Assembly: GCA_963753025.1 (NCBI GenBank)
Contig: CAVWAY010000006.1
Coordinates: forward strand, 33,430 to 97,429
DNA from: an uncultured Alphaproteobacteria bacterium
GTDB taxonomy: Bacteria; Pseudomonadota; Alphaproteobacteria; Rhizobiales; Aestuariivirgaceae
Direction: 5' to 3'
DNA length: 64,000 nt
Part shown: positions 20,136 to 29,971 of the stretch, in pieces
Position numbering within the stretch: position 1 is the first letter of the stretch
Layout: every line of letters begins with the position of its first letter
Made by a program: the position numbers and the translations under genes
The notes under the pieces: generated by a model
Databases searched by the model: none
What the model was told of the DNA's origin: nothing
Seen by the model: only the letters and a program-made list of their open reading frames with translations

Positions 20136-22331
20136 ATGGCTAGTCCAGCAACCGGCGAGCAAGGATTTCTCGCCAATCTCGGCAAGGTCTACGCCATCTA
20201 TACCGGCGGCTTCCTTGCTTTCATCATTCTGGTCGCAATCCTTGAACAGCTTGGCGTTCCCAACCGTGTGCTGGGCTACATGTTCGTGGGCTTTACGATC
20301 CTCGTTTACGCCATCATCGGCGTGCTCTCACGCACCGCACAGGTGTCGGAATATTATGTGGCGGGCCGCAAGGTTCCTGCCTTCTACAACGGCATGGCCA
20401 CGGGCGCTGACTGGATGTCGGCGGCTTCTTTCGTGGGCATGGCAGGCTCGCTCTATGCCTTGGGCTACGATGGCCTTGCCTTCGTGCTCGGCTGGACCGG
20501 CGGCTATGTGCTGGTGTCCGTTCTTCTCGCGCCATTTCTGCGCAAATTCGGTGCTTATACCGTGCCGGACTTCCTCGCGGCGCGCTATGGCGGCAACCTG
20601 GCCCGCTTCCTCGGCGTGATCGTTCTGATCTGCTGCTCCTTCACTTATGTGGTGGCGCAAATCTACGGAACGGGCATCATCGCCTCGCGCTTCCTTGGCC
20701 TTGACTTCACCATTGCGGTCTATGCCGGTTTGGCAGGCATTCTTGTCTGCTCCATGCTGGGCGGCATGCGCGCCGTGACCTGGACCCAGGTCGCGCAGTA
20801 TATCGTGCTCATCGTTGCCTACCTCACGCCTGTTGTGATCCTGTCAACCCAGAAATACGGCATTCCGGTTCCGGAACTCATGTATGGCCAGGCCCTGCAG
20901 GACATTACAGCGCGTGAACAGGAAATGATTGCGAATGGCCTGGCACAAGCGGCCACGCTCAAGCCGCACGTCACGGCCTTCCTCAACTATGACCGCTTGA
21001 ATTACTTTGCCCTCATCCTCTGCCTGATGGTGGGTACGGCGTCCCTGCCGCACATCCTCATGCGCTATTTCACGACACCTTCGGTGCGTGATGCGCGCAA
21101 GTCGGTGGCCTGGTCGCTGTTCTTCATCTTCCTGCTTTACTTCACGGCCCCTTCCTATGCCGCGTTTGCCAAGCTGGAAGTCTATACCAACGTCATTGGC
21201 CAAAGCCTTGATGCGCTGCCGGCCTGGATCAGCACCTATTCGAATCTCGATCTGGTGAAAATCTACGGCATCACGCTGAAAGGCCTTGGCGGCGGTATTG
21301 GCGCCGTGAAAGCAGCTCTTGCGGCTGGTGCACTGGATGTTGCAGGCGTTGCTACCGCGCTGAAAGGCGCAGGCCAAGACGCATTGCTGGCCTCATGGTC
21401 GGCGCTGGCAGATCCGGTCAAGGCAGTGGTGTTTGAAGCTGTGAAGGCAAATCCTGCCGCCGTCGCTTCCGATGTCTTCACCCCGTCGATCCATGCTGCG
21501 GCCCAGGCCGCAGGAAACACCACGGGCCTGCTTACCCATGGTGCGCTTGCAATCGACAACGACGTGATCGTGCTCTCCACGCCGGAGATTGCGGGCATGC
21601 CCTATGTGATCGCGGGCCTCGTGGCTGCCGGTGGTCTTGCTGCCGCTCTTTCGACGGCAGACGGATTGCTCTTGGCCATTGCCAACGCGCTCTCCCATGA
21701 CATCTACTACAAGATGGTTGATACCCACGCGCCGACAAGCCGTCGCCTCACTGTTGCCCGCATTTTGCTGGTGATTGTGGCGATCGCCGCGGCCTACGTG
21801 GCCTCCACCAAGCCATCGGATATTCTGGCGATGGTGTCGTGGGCCTTCTCGCTTGCGGCCGCGGGCCTCTTCCCGGCACTGGTTCTCGGTGTCTGGTGGA
21901 AACGCGCCAACAAGTGGGGTGCGGTTTCAGGAATGATCGTGGGCTTCGGCGTCTGCGCCTATTATCTCTGGATGACGCGCTACCATGCCGTGTCGTTCTA
22001 TGAGACATGGAGCGGGTTGTCGGGCGCCAATGATGCTGCCGTCACCAAGTTCAATGAACTGAAGGCGGCCTTCGAAGGTGCGGCTCCGGAAGTCAAGGCT
22101 TCGGCCTTGAAGGCTCTGGATACCCATGCCCAGACGATTGCCAACTGGTTCGGCGTGAAAAACATTTCCTCGGCGCTCTTCGGATTGCCCGCAGGCTTTG
22201 TTGCCATGATCGCTGTCAGCCTTCTCACCAAGGCCCCGTCCAAGGCCATGCAGGATTTCATCGACGAAATCCGCAAGCCCAAGGGCAAGGAGCTCATGGA
22301 AGGCGGCAATCTGATTACCGAAGTCCACTAA
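20136..22331 (+). CDS. Sodium:solute symporter, ActP-like monocarboxylate permease
   Basis: YYVAGR, NGMATGADWMSAASF, LPHILMRYFT, AAALSTADGLLL. Confidence 0.92.
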   Translation: MASPATGEQGFLANLGKVYAIYTGGFLAFIILVAILEQLGVPNRVLGYMFVGFTILVYAIIGVLSRTAQVSEYYVAGRKVPAFYNGMATGADWMSAASFVGMAGSLYALGYDGLAFVLGWTGGYVLVSVLLAPFLRKFGAYTVPDFLAARYGGNLARFLGVIVLICCSFTYVVAQIYGTGIIASRFLGLDFTIAVYAGLAGILVCSMLGGMRAVTWTQVAQYIVLIVAYLTPVVILSTQKYGIPVPELMYGQALQDITAREQEMIANGLAQAATLKPHVTAFLNYDRLNYFALILCLMVGTASLPHILMRYFTTPSVRDARKSVAWSLFFIFLLYFTAPSYAAFAKLEVYTNVIGQSLDALPAWISTYSNLDLVKIYGITLKGLGGGIGAVKAALAAGALDVAGVATALKGAGQDALLASWSALADPVKAVVFEAVKANPAAVASDVFTPSIHAAAQAAGNTTGLLTHGALAIDNDVIVLSTPEIAGMPYVIAGLVAAGGLAAALSTADGLLLAIANALSHDIYYKMVDTHAPTSRRLTVARILLVIVAIAAAYVASTKPSDILAMVSWAFSLAAAGLFPALVLGVWWKRANKWGAVSGMIVGFGVCAYYLWMTRYHAVSFYETWSGLSGANDAAVTKFNELKAAFEGAAPEVKASALKALDTHAQTIANWFGVKNISSALFGLPAGFVAMIAVSLLTKAPSKAMQDFIDEIRKPKGKELMEGGNLITEVH

Positions 22332-22345
22332 CGCAAATGAACCGG

Positions 22346-22377
22346 AACGGGGTCCTTCGGGGCCCCGTTTTCTTTTT
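22346..22377 (+). terminator. Rho-independent terminator
   Basis: AACGGGGTCC-ttcg-GGGCCCCGTT followed by TTCTTTTT. Confidence 0.85.
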
Positions 22378-22401
22378 GCCGTATTATGTTAGGCTCACGA
22401 T

Positions 22402-22713
22402 GTGAACCCGCTTCTCCAGTATTGGTACTTCCATCTGCCGAACTTCATCATCGCCGCGGTGATGTATTCCTTGCTGGGCCGTATCATTCTTTCCTTTTTT
22501 GTGCCGCCGGACTGGAGAAACTATATCTGGCGGGCGTTCGTAAGGGTTACTGATCCTGTTGTCAGGCTTGTCCGCCTGATAACACCTGCCGTTCTTCCCG
22601 ATTTGGTGGTTCTGGTCTTTGCCTTCTTCTGGCTCATGGCGGCGCGTCTGGCGCTTCTGGTGCTGCTCGCAAGCTTGGGCCTTTTGCCAACCGTTGCTGC
22701 TGGTGGAGGCTGA
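22402..22713 (+). CDS. Small membrane protein (YggT-like)
   Basis: NYIWRAFVRVTDPV..VRLITP resembles the YggT core; hydrophobic. Confidence 0.7.
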   Translation: MNPLLQYWYFHLPNFIIAAVMYSLLGRIILSFFVPPDWRNYIWRAFVRVTDPVVRLVRLITPAVLPDLVVLVFAFFWLMAARLALLVLLASLGLLPTVAAGGG

Positions 22714-22716
22714 TCC

Positions 22717-23046
22717 ATGCCGCGACATAATCTTGTGGCCATTATCGGCCTTGCCATTCTGAACGGCATTTTTTCACCGGCGCTCATTCCGGTTTTCGCG
22801 CTTCATGGCCTCTGGTACCCGTTTTTTCTTCCGGCCATCCTGCCGGCGGTTTTCCTCGCCTGTTCCCTCATCATTTCCACGTTTACCTTGATGCTGGGTG
22901 GCATTCCGGCAGCGCTTTACGAGCGAATTTCAGGTGGCGGCAAATCCTCCCCGGTTTCCGGCCTGATCTGGCTTGCCGCCGTTGCAGTGCTGACTCTTCC
23001 GGCTTTGCCGAATATTCTGAATGCCCTTGGGCTTGGTGCAAACTGA
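22717..23046 (+). CDS. Hypothetical membrane protein
   Basis: 3 TM segments; GIPAALYER; GGAGG RBS. Confidence 0.75.
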   Translation: MPRHNLVAIIGLAILNGIFSPALIPVFALHGLWYPFFLPAILPAVFLACSLIISTFTLMLGGIPAALYERISGGGKSSPVSGLIWLAAVAVLTLPALPNILNALGLGAN

Positions 23047-23061
23047 CAGGGATCTGTTTCC

Positions 23062-23433
23062 ATGGATGCAATCAGGCGCGCCGCTCTTGTATCCGTAAGC
23101 CGGGCCTGTGGTTTTTGCGCCCTGGGATTCCTCTGCGTCATGCTGGGCTTTGCCCATGACCCCCAGCGCTCGGCCCAGGCCGGCAGCCTGCTTTTCTTCG
23201 CGCTCGCCCTCGGCCTGATCTGGAAGGCTCAGCTTGCATCAGGGGCAAATCACAAGAAAACCGAAACCTGGCTCATGCTCGCGCCGGAGGATCGCCCGCC
23301 CGAGGCCACGGCCCAGACCGTGCTGAGTGTCATCCTGCGCGACGTCTACTTGCTCCACGCGCGCTACAGTGCATTAGCGGCTGCGATGCTGTTGCTTGCG
23401 GCAGTTGCTCTGTCCCTGTGGAGAGGATCATGA
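23062..23433 (+). CDS. Hypothetical membrane protein
   Basis: SVSRACGF, KTETWLML; 3 TM segments; stop overlaps next ATG. Confidence 0.75.
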   Translation: MDAIRRAALVSVSRACGFCALGFLCVMLGFAHDPQRSAQAGSLLFFALALGLIWKAQLASGANHKKTETWLMLAPEDRPPEATAQTVLSVILRDVYLLHARYSALAAAMLLLAAVALSLWRGS

Positions 23434-25526
23434 AGCAAGAGCATCCCGTGGCGACAGCGGCAACGCCCCTGCGGTCCCTGACAGCCATCGCCCTTGATAC
23501 CGAAACAACCTCACTGGATGTTGGCCACGCACGCATTCTGGAAATCGGCGCTATCGCAATTCTGAATGGCAGGCTCGTTCCCGAGTCTCACTTCGCCTCG
23601 CTGGTCAATCCGCAAGCGGCAATTCCGCCGGAGTCGGTTGCAATTCATGGCATCACCGATGAAGCGGTAAAATCGGCCGGCAGCTTCGCGCAGGTCTACA
23701 GGCAGTACCGCGACTTTGCCGGCCCCCATGTGGTTCTGGGTTATGCCGTGGGCTTTGATCTCGCCATGCTGCGCAGTGAGCATGAGCGCGTGGGCCTCGC
23801 CTGGAAGGCCCCGCGATTTATTGACGTGCTCGATCTGGCACGATTGCTCAGGCCCGATCTGCCGAACTTCTCCCTCGAAACGCTGGCCGCCTGGCTCGGC
23901 ATTGCCGTGGTTGAACGCCATCGCGCCTTGGCCGACGCAAGGCTCGCGGCGGAAATCTTCCTTGCCCTCTTGCCGCGCCTTCGCAAGAATTCCATCCGCA
24001 CCCTGGCGGAAGCCGAGGATGCCTGCCGAAATCTCTCCACGTCTCCAGGTGTTGCGGGCTGGCATGAAGCCGTAGTGCCGCCCTCGAGTCCCGTTCGTGT
24101 GGATAGCTATCCCTACCGGCACCGGGCCAGGGACGTGATGACAAAGCCGCCTGTATTTGCCGCCCCGTCCATGAGCATTCGCGAAGCCCTCGCCCTGCTC
24201 GTGCGCCGCAAGGTAAGCTCGCTCTTTGTTGCGCGCGATAAACTTAAAGCGCCCTACGGCATTGTGACCGAACGCGACATTCTCCGCGCCATTGCCCGCG
24301 ATGGCGCAAAGGCCTTTGCAAAGCCGGTGAAAAGCATTGCCACATTCCCGCTCGAGAGCGTTTCCGAAGAAGATTTTCTTTACATCGCCTTTGGGCGGAT
24401 GCGCCGCAAAAAATACCGTCACATGGGCGTGGTCGACGCGGAAGGCAAGCTTGTGGGCGCAATCACCCAGCGTGACCTACTGCGCCTGCAGGCCGATGAA
24501 GCGCTGGCCTTTTGCCGACGCGCTGGAAGAAGCCGCAGGCCTTGAGGAGCTTGCCTGGTCTGGCGGAAACTGGCGAATGCCGTACGTTCCCTGCTGCATG
24601 AAGATGTGGATGCCCGCGATATCGCTGGAATTATTTCAGGCGAAGTACGCAGCCTGACGGCCCGCGCCGCGGCAATGGCGGAACGGGAGGTATCTGCAGC
24701 TATTCCGAAACCGAAAGCCCTGCGATTTGCGGTGATGGTCCTGGGCTCGGGGGGCCGCGGTGAAAGCCTGCTGGCGCTTGACCAGGACAACGCGATTGTC
24801 TTTGACGCGGCAGATGAGGCAGAAGCTGGGGCCTGGCTCTTGAAACTTGGCCAGCGCATGAATGCCATTCTTGACGAGGTGGGCGTTCCCCTTTGCAAGG
24901 GCGGCGTGATGGCGGGAAATGCCGCCTGGTGCAAGTCCATCGGCCAGTGGCGCAAGCAGGTGGCCCATTGGCTGTCCCGGGGTGAGCCGCAGGACATCCT
25001 GAATGCCGACATATTTTTTGACGCCCTGCCGGTCTATGGCGACCATGGCATGATTGATGAGCTGCACAGCGACGCCGTTGAAACCGCATCCAAAGCAATC
25101 GCCTTCTTGCAGCTCATGGACATGAATGCAGCGAAAGCGCGCCCCCCGGTTAACTGGCTTGGCCGCTTCAGCCTGGAAGAAGATGGCCGCATGGATCTGA
25201 AGATGCACGGCATCATGCCGATTTTTTCGGCGGCCCGGGTCTTGGCTCTTCGCCACGCCCTGCCATATCATTCCACTCCCGCCAGGCTGGGTGCGCTGCG
25301 CGGCAAACCGGGTATTTCTGAGGAAAATTTGGATGGGCTTCTCGAAGCTCATCAGATTATCTTGCGTGCCATTCTCCAGCAGCAGCTTGCCGACATTGAG
25401 CAGGGCATTCCGCCTTCGAATCGTGTCGATCCGAAGAAACTCCACGCTCCCGAAAAGGCCCATCTCATGTGGGCGTTGAAACAGGTGCCGCTGGTGCGCG
25501 ATCTGCTGGGAGATCCCATAGGCTAA
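23430..25526 (+). CDS. Fused DEDDh 3'-5' exonuclease - CBS pair - DUF294 nucleotidyltransferase; two compensating indels near 24513 and 24555
   Basis: ALDTETT, GFDL, HRALADA (exonuclease); GIVTERDI, GAITQRDLL (CBS); LGSGGRGE..DQDNAI, CKGGVMA, DIFFD, DLKMHG (DUF294/DUF294_C). Confidence 0.85.
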
Positions 25527-25582
25527 GCCGCCAGTGCCAGCCCGGCATTTCAATTCGCGGGTTTTTCGCCTAGGCTCGGGCC

Positions 25583-28500
25583 ATGCTGCAGAGCTGGATG
25601 ATCTTCTTTTTCGGGCTGGCCTATCTCGGGGGCCTTTTTGCCGTTGCAACCTGGGGCGACAGGCCTGCCAACCGGCGGACACCGGGCTCGCCCCGACCCT
25701 TCATTTACGCCCTGTCGCTGGGCGTCTACTGCACCTCATGGACCTATTTCGGCAGTGTCGGCATAGCCTCGCGCTCGGGCTTTGATTTCCTGCCGATTTA
25801 CATCGGGCCCATTCTGGTTTTTGCCCTCGGCTGGCCGCTTCTGCAGCGCATTGCCGAAATCGCCAAACGCCAGAACATCGCCTCCATCGCCGACTTCCTC
25901 GCGGCCCGCTATGGCAAGAGCGAGGCCCTGGGCGCCCTGGTTGCGGCTGTCGCAACCATTGGCGTGGTGCCCTATATCTCCATCCAGTTGAAGGCCGTGT
26001 CGCAGTCCCTGCAGACCATGATTACCGATCCCCTGTTTCCTGAAGCCATCATGCCGGGCGTGCCGGGCTCCGACGGATTGTCCATGCTGGTGGCTCTCAC
26101 CATGGGTGTCTTTGCCATTCTCTTCGGGACCCGCCATATTGACAACACCGAGCATCAGGACGGGATGATCCTCGCCATCTCGGTTGAATCCATCGTCAAG
26201 CTCGTGGCCTTCGTGGCGGTGGGGCTGTTCGTCACCCTCTCCATGATGGGCGGCTTTGAAAAGCTCGCGGCTCACCTGACCTCGGATCCGCAGGTCCAGG
26301 CCGTGCTGGCCAATGGCCTAAGCGGCACCCGCTGGGTGACGCTCACCCTTCTTGCGGCATTCGCCATTATCCTCCTGCCCCGGCAGTTTCATGTAGCCGT
26401 GGTCGAAAACGCCGCCCCCTCCGACATCCGCCGCGCCGCCTGGCTGTTTCCGCTCTATCTCGTCGCCATCAATATCTTCGTCATCCCCATTGCCATCTCC
26501 GGCCTCGCCTTTCTGCCTGCAAGTGCCGATGGCGATATGTTCGTGCTGGCCCTGCCGGTCAGCGCCCAGAGCAGCTTCTTTGCCATGGTGGCCTTCATCG
26601 GCGGGCTCTCGGCTTCCACCGCCATGGTTGTTGTTGAAACCATCGCGCTCTCGATCATGATCTGCAACAACCTCGTCGTGCCCCTGCTGCTCCGCCAGCG
26701 CACCGAGCGGCCGGAAATCGTCCATGACATGGGCAAAACCCTGATCACCATCAGGCGGCTGGCCATCGCCCTCGTGCTGGTGCTGGCCTATGGCTACTAC
26801 CGGATGATCGGCTCGACGGCCGCCTTGGCCCAGGTCGGCCTGATCTCCTTTGCCGCCGTGGCCCAGTTCGCCCCCGCCTTCTTCGGCGCCCTGATGTGGA
26901 AACGCGCCACGGCCCGCGGCGCCATGGCGGGTCTCACGGCCGGTGCCCTTGTCTGGGGCTACACGCTGCTGCTTCCGTCTTTTGCCGATGCCGGCTGGAT
27001 GGGCAAGGGCCTGATCGAGCAGGGGCCGTTCGGCCTGGGTTTTCTGAGGCCAAGGATGCTGTTCAACATGGAGATGGATGCCTTGAGCCACGGCGTGCTG
27101 TGGAGTCTCGCCGCCAATATCTGCGTCTATGTTGGATTTTCCCTGAGCCGCCTGCCCACGCCCATCGAGCGCATTCAGGCCGCAAGTTTTGTGACCCGCG
27201 AATTGACCGTCGGCACCGGCACGGGCTTCCGCCTCTGGCGCACCGCCGTCACCGTTGAAAAGCTTGAGCAGACCGTGGCGCGTTATTTGGGCGAGGCCCG
27301 GGCGAAATCAGCCTTCGCCGAATTCTTCGCCCAGCGCGGCGTTACGCAAAAGCCGGCGCTGGAAGCCGATGTGCGCATGCTGCGCTTTGCCGAGCATTTG
27401 CTGGCGCGCGCCGTGGGCGTGGCCTCCTCGCGCCTTGTCATGGCCCTGCTGCTCGAGCGCCATTCGGCCCATCCCCGCGGCGCCATGCGGCTCCTTGATG
27501 ATGCCTCCGCCGCCATCCAGCACAACCGCGACCTGCTGCAATCGGCCATCGACAATGTCGAGCAGGGCATTGCGGTGTTTGATTCCGAAATGAACCTGAG
27601 CTGCTGGAATGCCAGCTTCCAGGACCATCTCAAGCTCAGCAATGAATTGGGGCGTGTGGGCGCCCCCATGCGCGAGATCGTCCTCGAATTCCTCCGCACC
27701 ACCGAAAGCGGCGAGGCCTGCCTTGAAGACCGCCTGCGCAAGATGGCCATGACCCACGAACATTTCCGCGAACGCCTGAGCGACAGCGGCCAGGTGTTGG
27801 AAGTGCGCTCAAATGCCATTCCCGATGGCGGCGTGGTTATCACCTTCAATGACGCCACCGAAAGTGTGCGCGCCGCCGAAACCCTGCAGAAATCCAACGA
27901 GGAATTGGAACGCCGCGTGGTCCAGCGCACCATGGAACTGACACGGCTCAACGATGAACTGGCCGTGGCCAAGGCCGCCGCCGAATCCGCCAATCTCGGC
28001 AAGACAAGGTTCATTGCCGCCGCCAGCCACGACATTCTGCAGCCGCTCAATGCCGCGCGCCTCTTCACCTCAAGCCTTGTCGAACGGCTTAAGCGCTCCA
28101 ACGATGGCGCCCTGGCGCGCAATGTTGATTCCTCCCTGGAGGCAGTTGAGGAAATTCTGACTGCGCTCCTTGATATTTCGCGTCTCGATGCGGGCGTCAT
28201 GCTGCCGGAACTGTCGATCTTCCGCATCGACGATCTGATGGAAACCCTGAGCACCGAATATGCCCCGGCTGCCTCCAAGAAAAACCTGGTGCTCAAGGCC
28301 ATGCCCTGCGGCGCCACGGTTGAAACCGACCGCAAGCTGCTGCGCCGCGTCATGCAGAATTTCATTTCCAACGCGATCAAATACACCAAGTCGGGGCGCA
28401 TTCTGATGGGTTGCCGCCGGATGGGGCGCAACTTGCGCATCGAAATTCACGACACCGGCATTGGCATCCCGGATTCCAAGCGCGAACTGGTGTTCCAGGA

Positions 28501-29098
28501 GTTTCAGCGTCTGGGCGACGATGGCGGCTCAGCCACCGGCCTTGGCCTTGGCCTGTCGATTGTCGAGCGTGTGGCCCGCATCCTTGGCAGCGACATCACC
28601 CTGCGCACCACCCCCGGCAAGGGCAGCATGTTCGCCATCAGCGTGCCCCTGTCGCATGTCACCATTCCGCGCGTCCGCGGCAAGCACATGGCGCGCCAGC
28701 GGCTGGGTCTGGGCATCACCGCCTCGGTTCTGGTGATCGATGATGAACCGGCCATCCTCGAGGGCATGAAACACTTGCTCACGGGCTGGGGCTGCACCGC
28801 CCATGTGGCGCTGGGCGCTGCGGAGGCACTGCGCGCCTATGACATCGCCGATGGCAAGATCGACATGATCCTCGCCGATTTTCATCTCAACAAGGACGAC
28901 GGCATTTCGCTGATCAATGAATTGCGCCGCAAGGCGAGGCGTCCCATTCCGGCCATTCTCATCACGGCTGACCGGTCGCTTGTGGTGGCGGACCAGGCGA
29001 CGGTCCATGACATTCACGTGCTGCGCAAGCCCGTGAAGCCGGCAGCCCTGCGCGCCGCCATGTCCCATCTTGAGATCAAGGCCGTCGCCGGGGAGTGA
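25583..29098 (+). CDS. SLC5/STAC hybrid sensor histidine kinase (CrbS/MxtR-like)
   Basis: SSS-like N-terminus (YCTSWTYFGSVG, LLPRQFHV), PAS, H-box ASHDILQPL, NAIKY, DTGIG, GLGLGL, C-terminal receiver. Confidence 0.92.
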   Translation: MLQSWMIFFFGLAYLGGLFAVATWGDRPANRRTPGSPRPFIYALSLGVYCTSWTYFGSVGIASRSGFDFLPIYIGPILVFALGWPLLQRIAEIAKRQNIASIADFLAARYGKSEALGALVAAVATIGVVPYISIQLKAVSQSLQTMITDPLFPEAIMPGVPGSDGLSMLVALTMGVFAILFGTRHIDNTEHQDGMILAISVESIVKLVAFVAVGLFVTLSMMGGFEKLAAHLTSDPQVQAVLANGLSGTRWVTLTLLAAFAIILLPRQFHVAVVENAAPSDIRRAAWLFPLYLVAINIFVIPIAISGLAFLPASADGDMFVLALPVSAQSSFFAMVAFIGGLSASTAMVVVETIALSIMICNNLVVPLLLRQRTERPEIVHDMGKTLITIRRLAIALVLVLAYGYYRMIGSTAALAQVGLISFAAVAQFAPAFFGALMWKRATARGAMAGLTAGALVWGYTLLLPSFADAGWMGKGLIEQGPFGLGFLRPRMLFNMEMDALSHGVLWSLAANICVYVGFSLSRLPTPIERIQAASFVTRELTVGTGTGFRLWRTAVTVEKLEQTVARYLGEARAKSAFAEFFAQRGVTQKPALEADVRMLRFAEHLLARAVGVASSRLVMALLLERHSAHPRGAMRLLDDASAAIQHNRDLLQSAIDNVEQGIAVFDSEMNLSCWNASFQDHLKLSNELGRVGAPMREIVLEFLRTTESGEACLEDRLRKMAMTHEHFRERLSDSGQVLEVRSNAIPDGGVVITFNDATESVRAAETLQKSNEELERRVVQRTMELTRLNDELAVAKAAAESANLGKTRFIAAASHDILQPLNAARLFTSSLVERLKRSNDGALARNVDSSLEAVEEILTALLDISRLDAGVMLPELSIFRIDDLMETLSTEYAPAASKKNLVLKAMPCGATVETDRKLLRRVMQNFISNAIKYTKSGRILMGCRRMGRNLRIEIHDTGIGIPDSKRELVFQEFQRLGDDGGSATGLGLGLSIVERVARILGSDITLRTTPGKGSMFAISVPLSHVTIPRVRGKHMARQRLGLGITASVLVIDDEPAILEGMKHLLTGWGCTAHVALGAAEALRAYDIADGKIDMILADFHLNKDDGISLINELRRKARRPIPAILITADRSLVVADQATVHDIHVLRKPVKPAALRAAMSHLEIKAVAGE

Positions 29099-29108
29099 TC
29101 AGAACTTT

Positions 29109-29675
29109 TTAGTTTGGGGCAGAATCCCGCGCTTCTTCAGGCGCGCTGTCGGGCAGCAATCCTGCAGCCTCTGCTGCGCCCTTGAGTAGATTTCTGAAGG
29201 CGGTTGCCGGCACTTGCAAGATTGTCCGCCGCGACGGGAAGTTGCCCGCGCCTACCACGCAGGTGAGGTTCAAATTGGGGAAGTTGGTTAGCAGATGCTC
29301 ACTTCCAGGCTCGAATTCCAGACTGCCGCCAAAGGCGGATTTGTACCGCAGCTTGATGGTGCAGCACTGGGCCATTGCGCCGGCATCAAGCGTCACCGAG
29401 GCAAACGGGGTGAACCGCTGCATTTTCCGGATGATCGTGATCTCTTCCTGGGCCCAGCCAAACGCTGGCAGCGTGTTGAGGCCAAGCACCGTCAGGCAGA
29501 GGAAGGGAAAGTTGGCCGGAACCCTGCCGTTGTTCCTGAGCTGCACGTCCACAAGGCAGAAGCCGCGCCCGGGACTCGACGGCGCACGCTCGAACCGCAG
29601 ATTGTACTGGGGCTGGATCTGGTCGGCCTGATCGTCCGGGTTGATTTCCAGTGCGTGACTGGTCGCTAGGGTCAT
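29109..29675 (-). CDS. Hypothetical protein
   Basis: 188-aa ORF filling the gap, codon usage plausible; no motif recognised. Confidence 0.6.
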   Translation of the reverse strand: MTLATSHALEINPDDQADQIQPQYNLRFERAPSSPGRGFCLVDVQLRNNGRVPANFPFLCLTVLGLNTLPAFGWAQEEITIIRKMQRFTPFASVTLDAGAMAQCCTIKLRYKSAFGGSLEFEPGSEHLLTNFPNLNLTCVVGAGNFPSRRTILQVPATAFRNLLKGAAEAAGLLPDSAPEEARDSAPN

Positions 29676-29971
29676 GGGAAACCTGGTTGATTGAAATGAA
29701 ACAGGCTTTCACCCTATCCCCAATGCGTCACTGGCCGATTAAAATATTAAGTGAATTTTTGCTGATCCTTGTGAGGGAATCGGAATTAACAACCATGAAG
29801 AGAATTTAATCCTAAGTCGTCTGCAGGGCCCGTGGGCCGGATTGTGCCTCTTTGGGCCACCTGCCTGGCTCATGCTGCCAGAAACCCGCTGGAGCGGGCT
29901 CTTAATGAGTTTAAAAGCCTGTAATAGATTTATAATCCCTTTTCCTTGTGCCCAGGTTAGAAGCGATCACA

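Noticed and set aside
29948-29956. GTGCCCAGG match to the tRNA-Phe end as a possible att site
   Set aside because: Only 9 bp, expected by chance in GC-rich DNA, on the wrong side of the tRNA, and no integrase nearby
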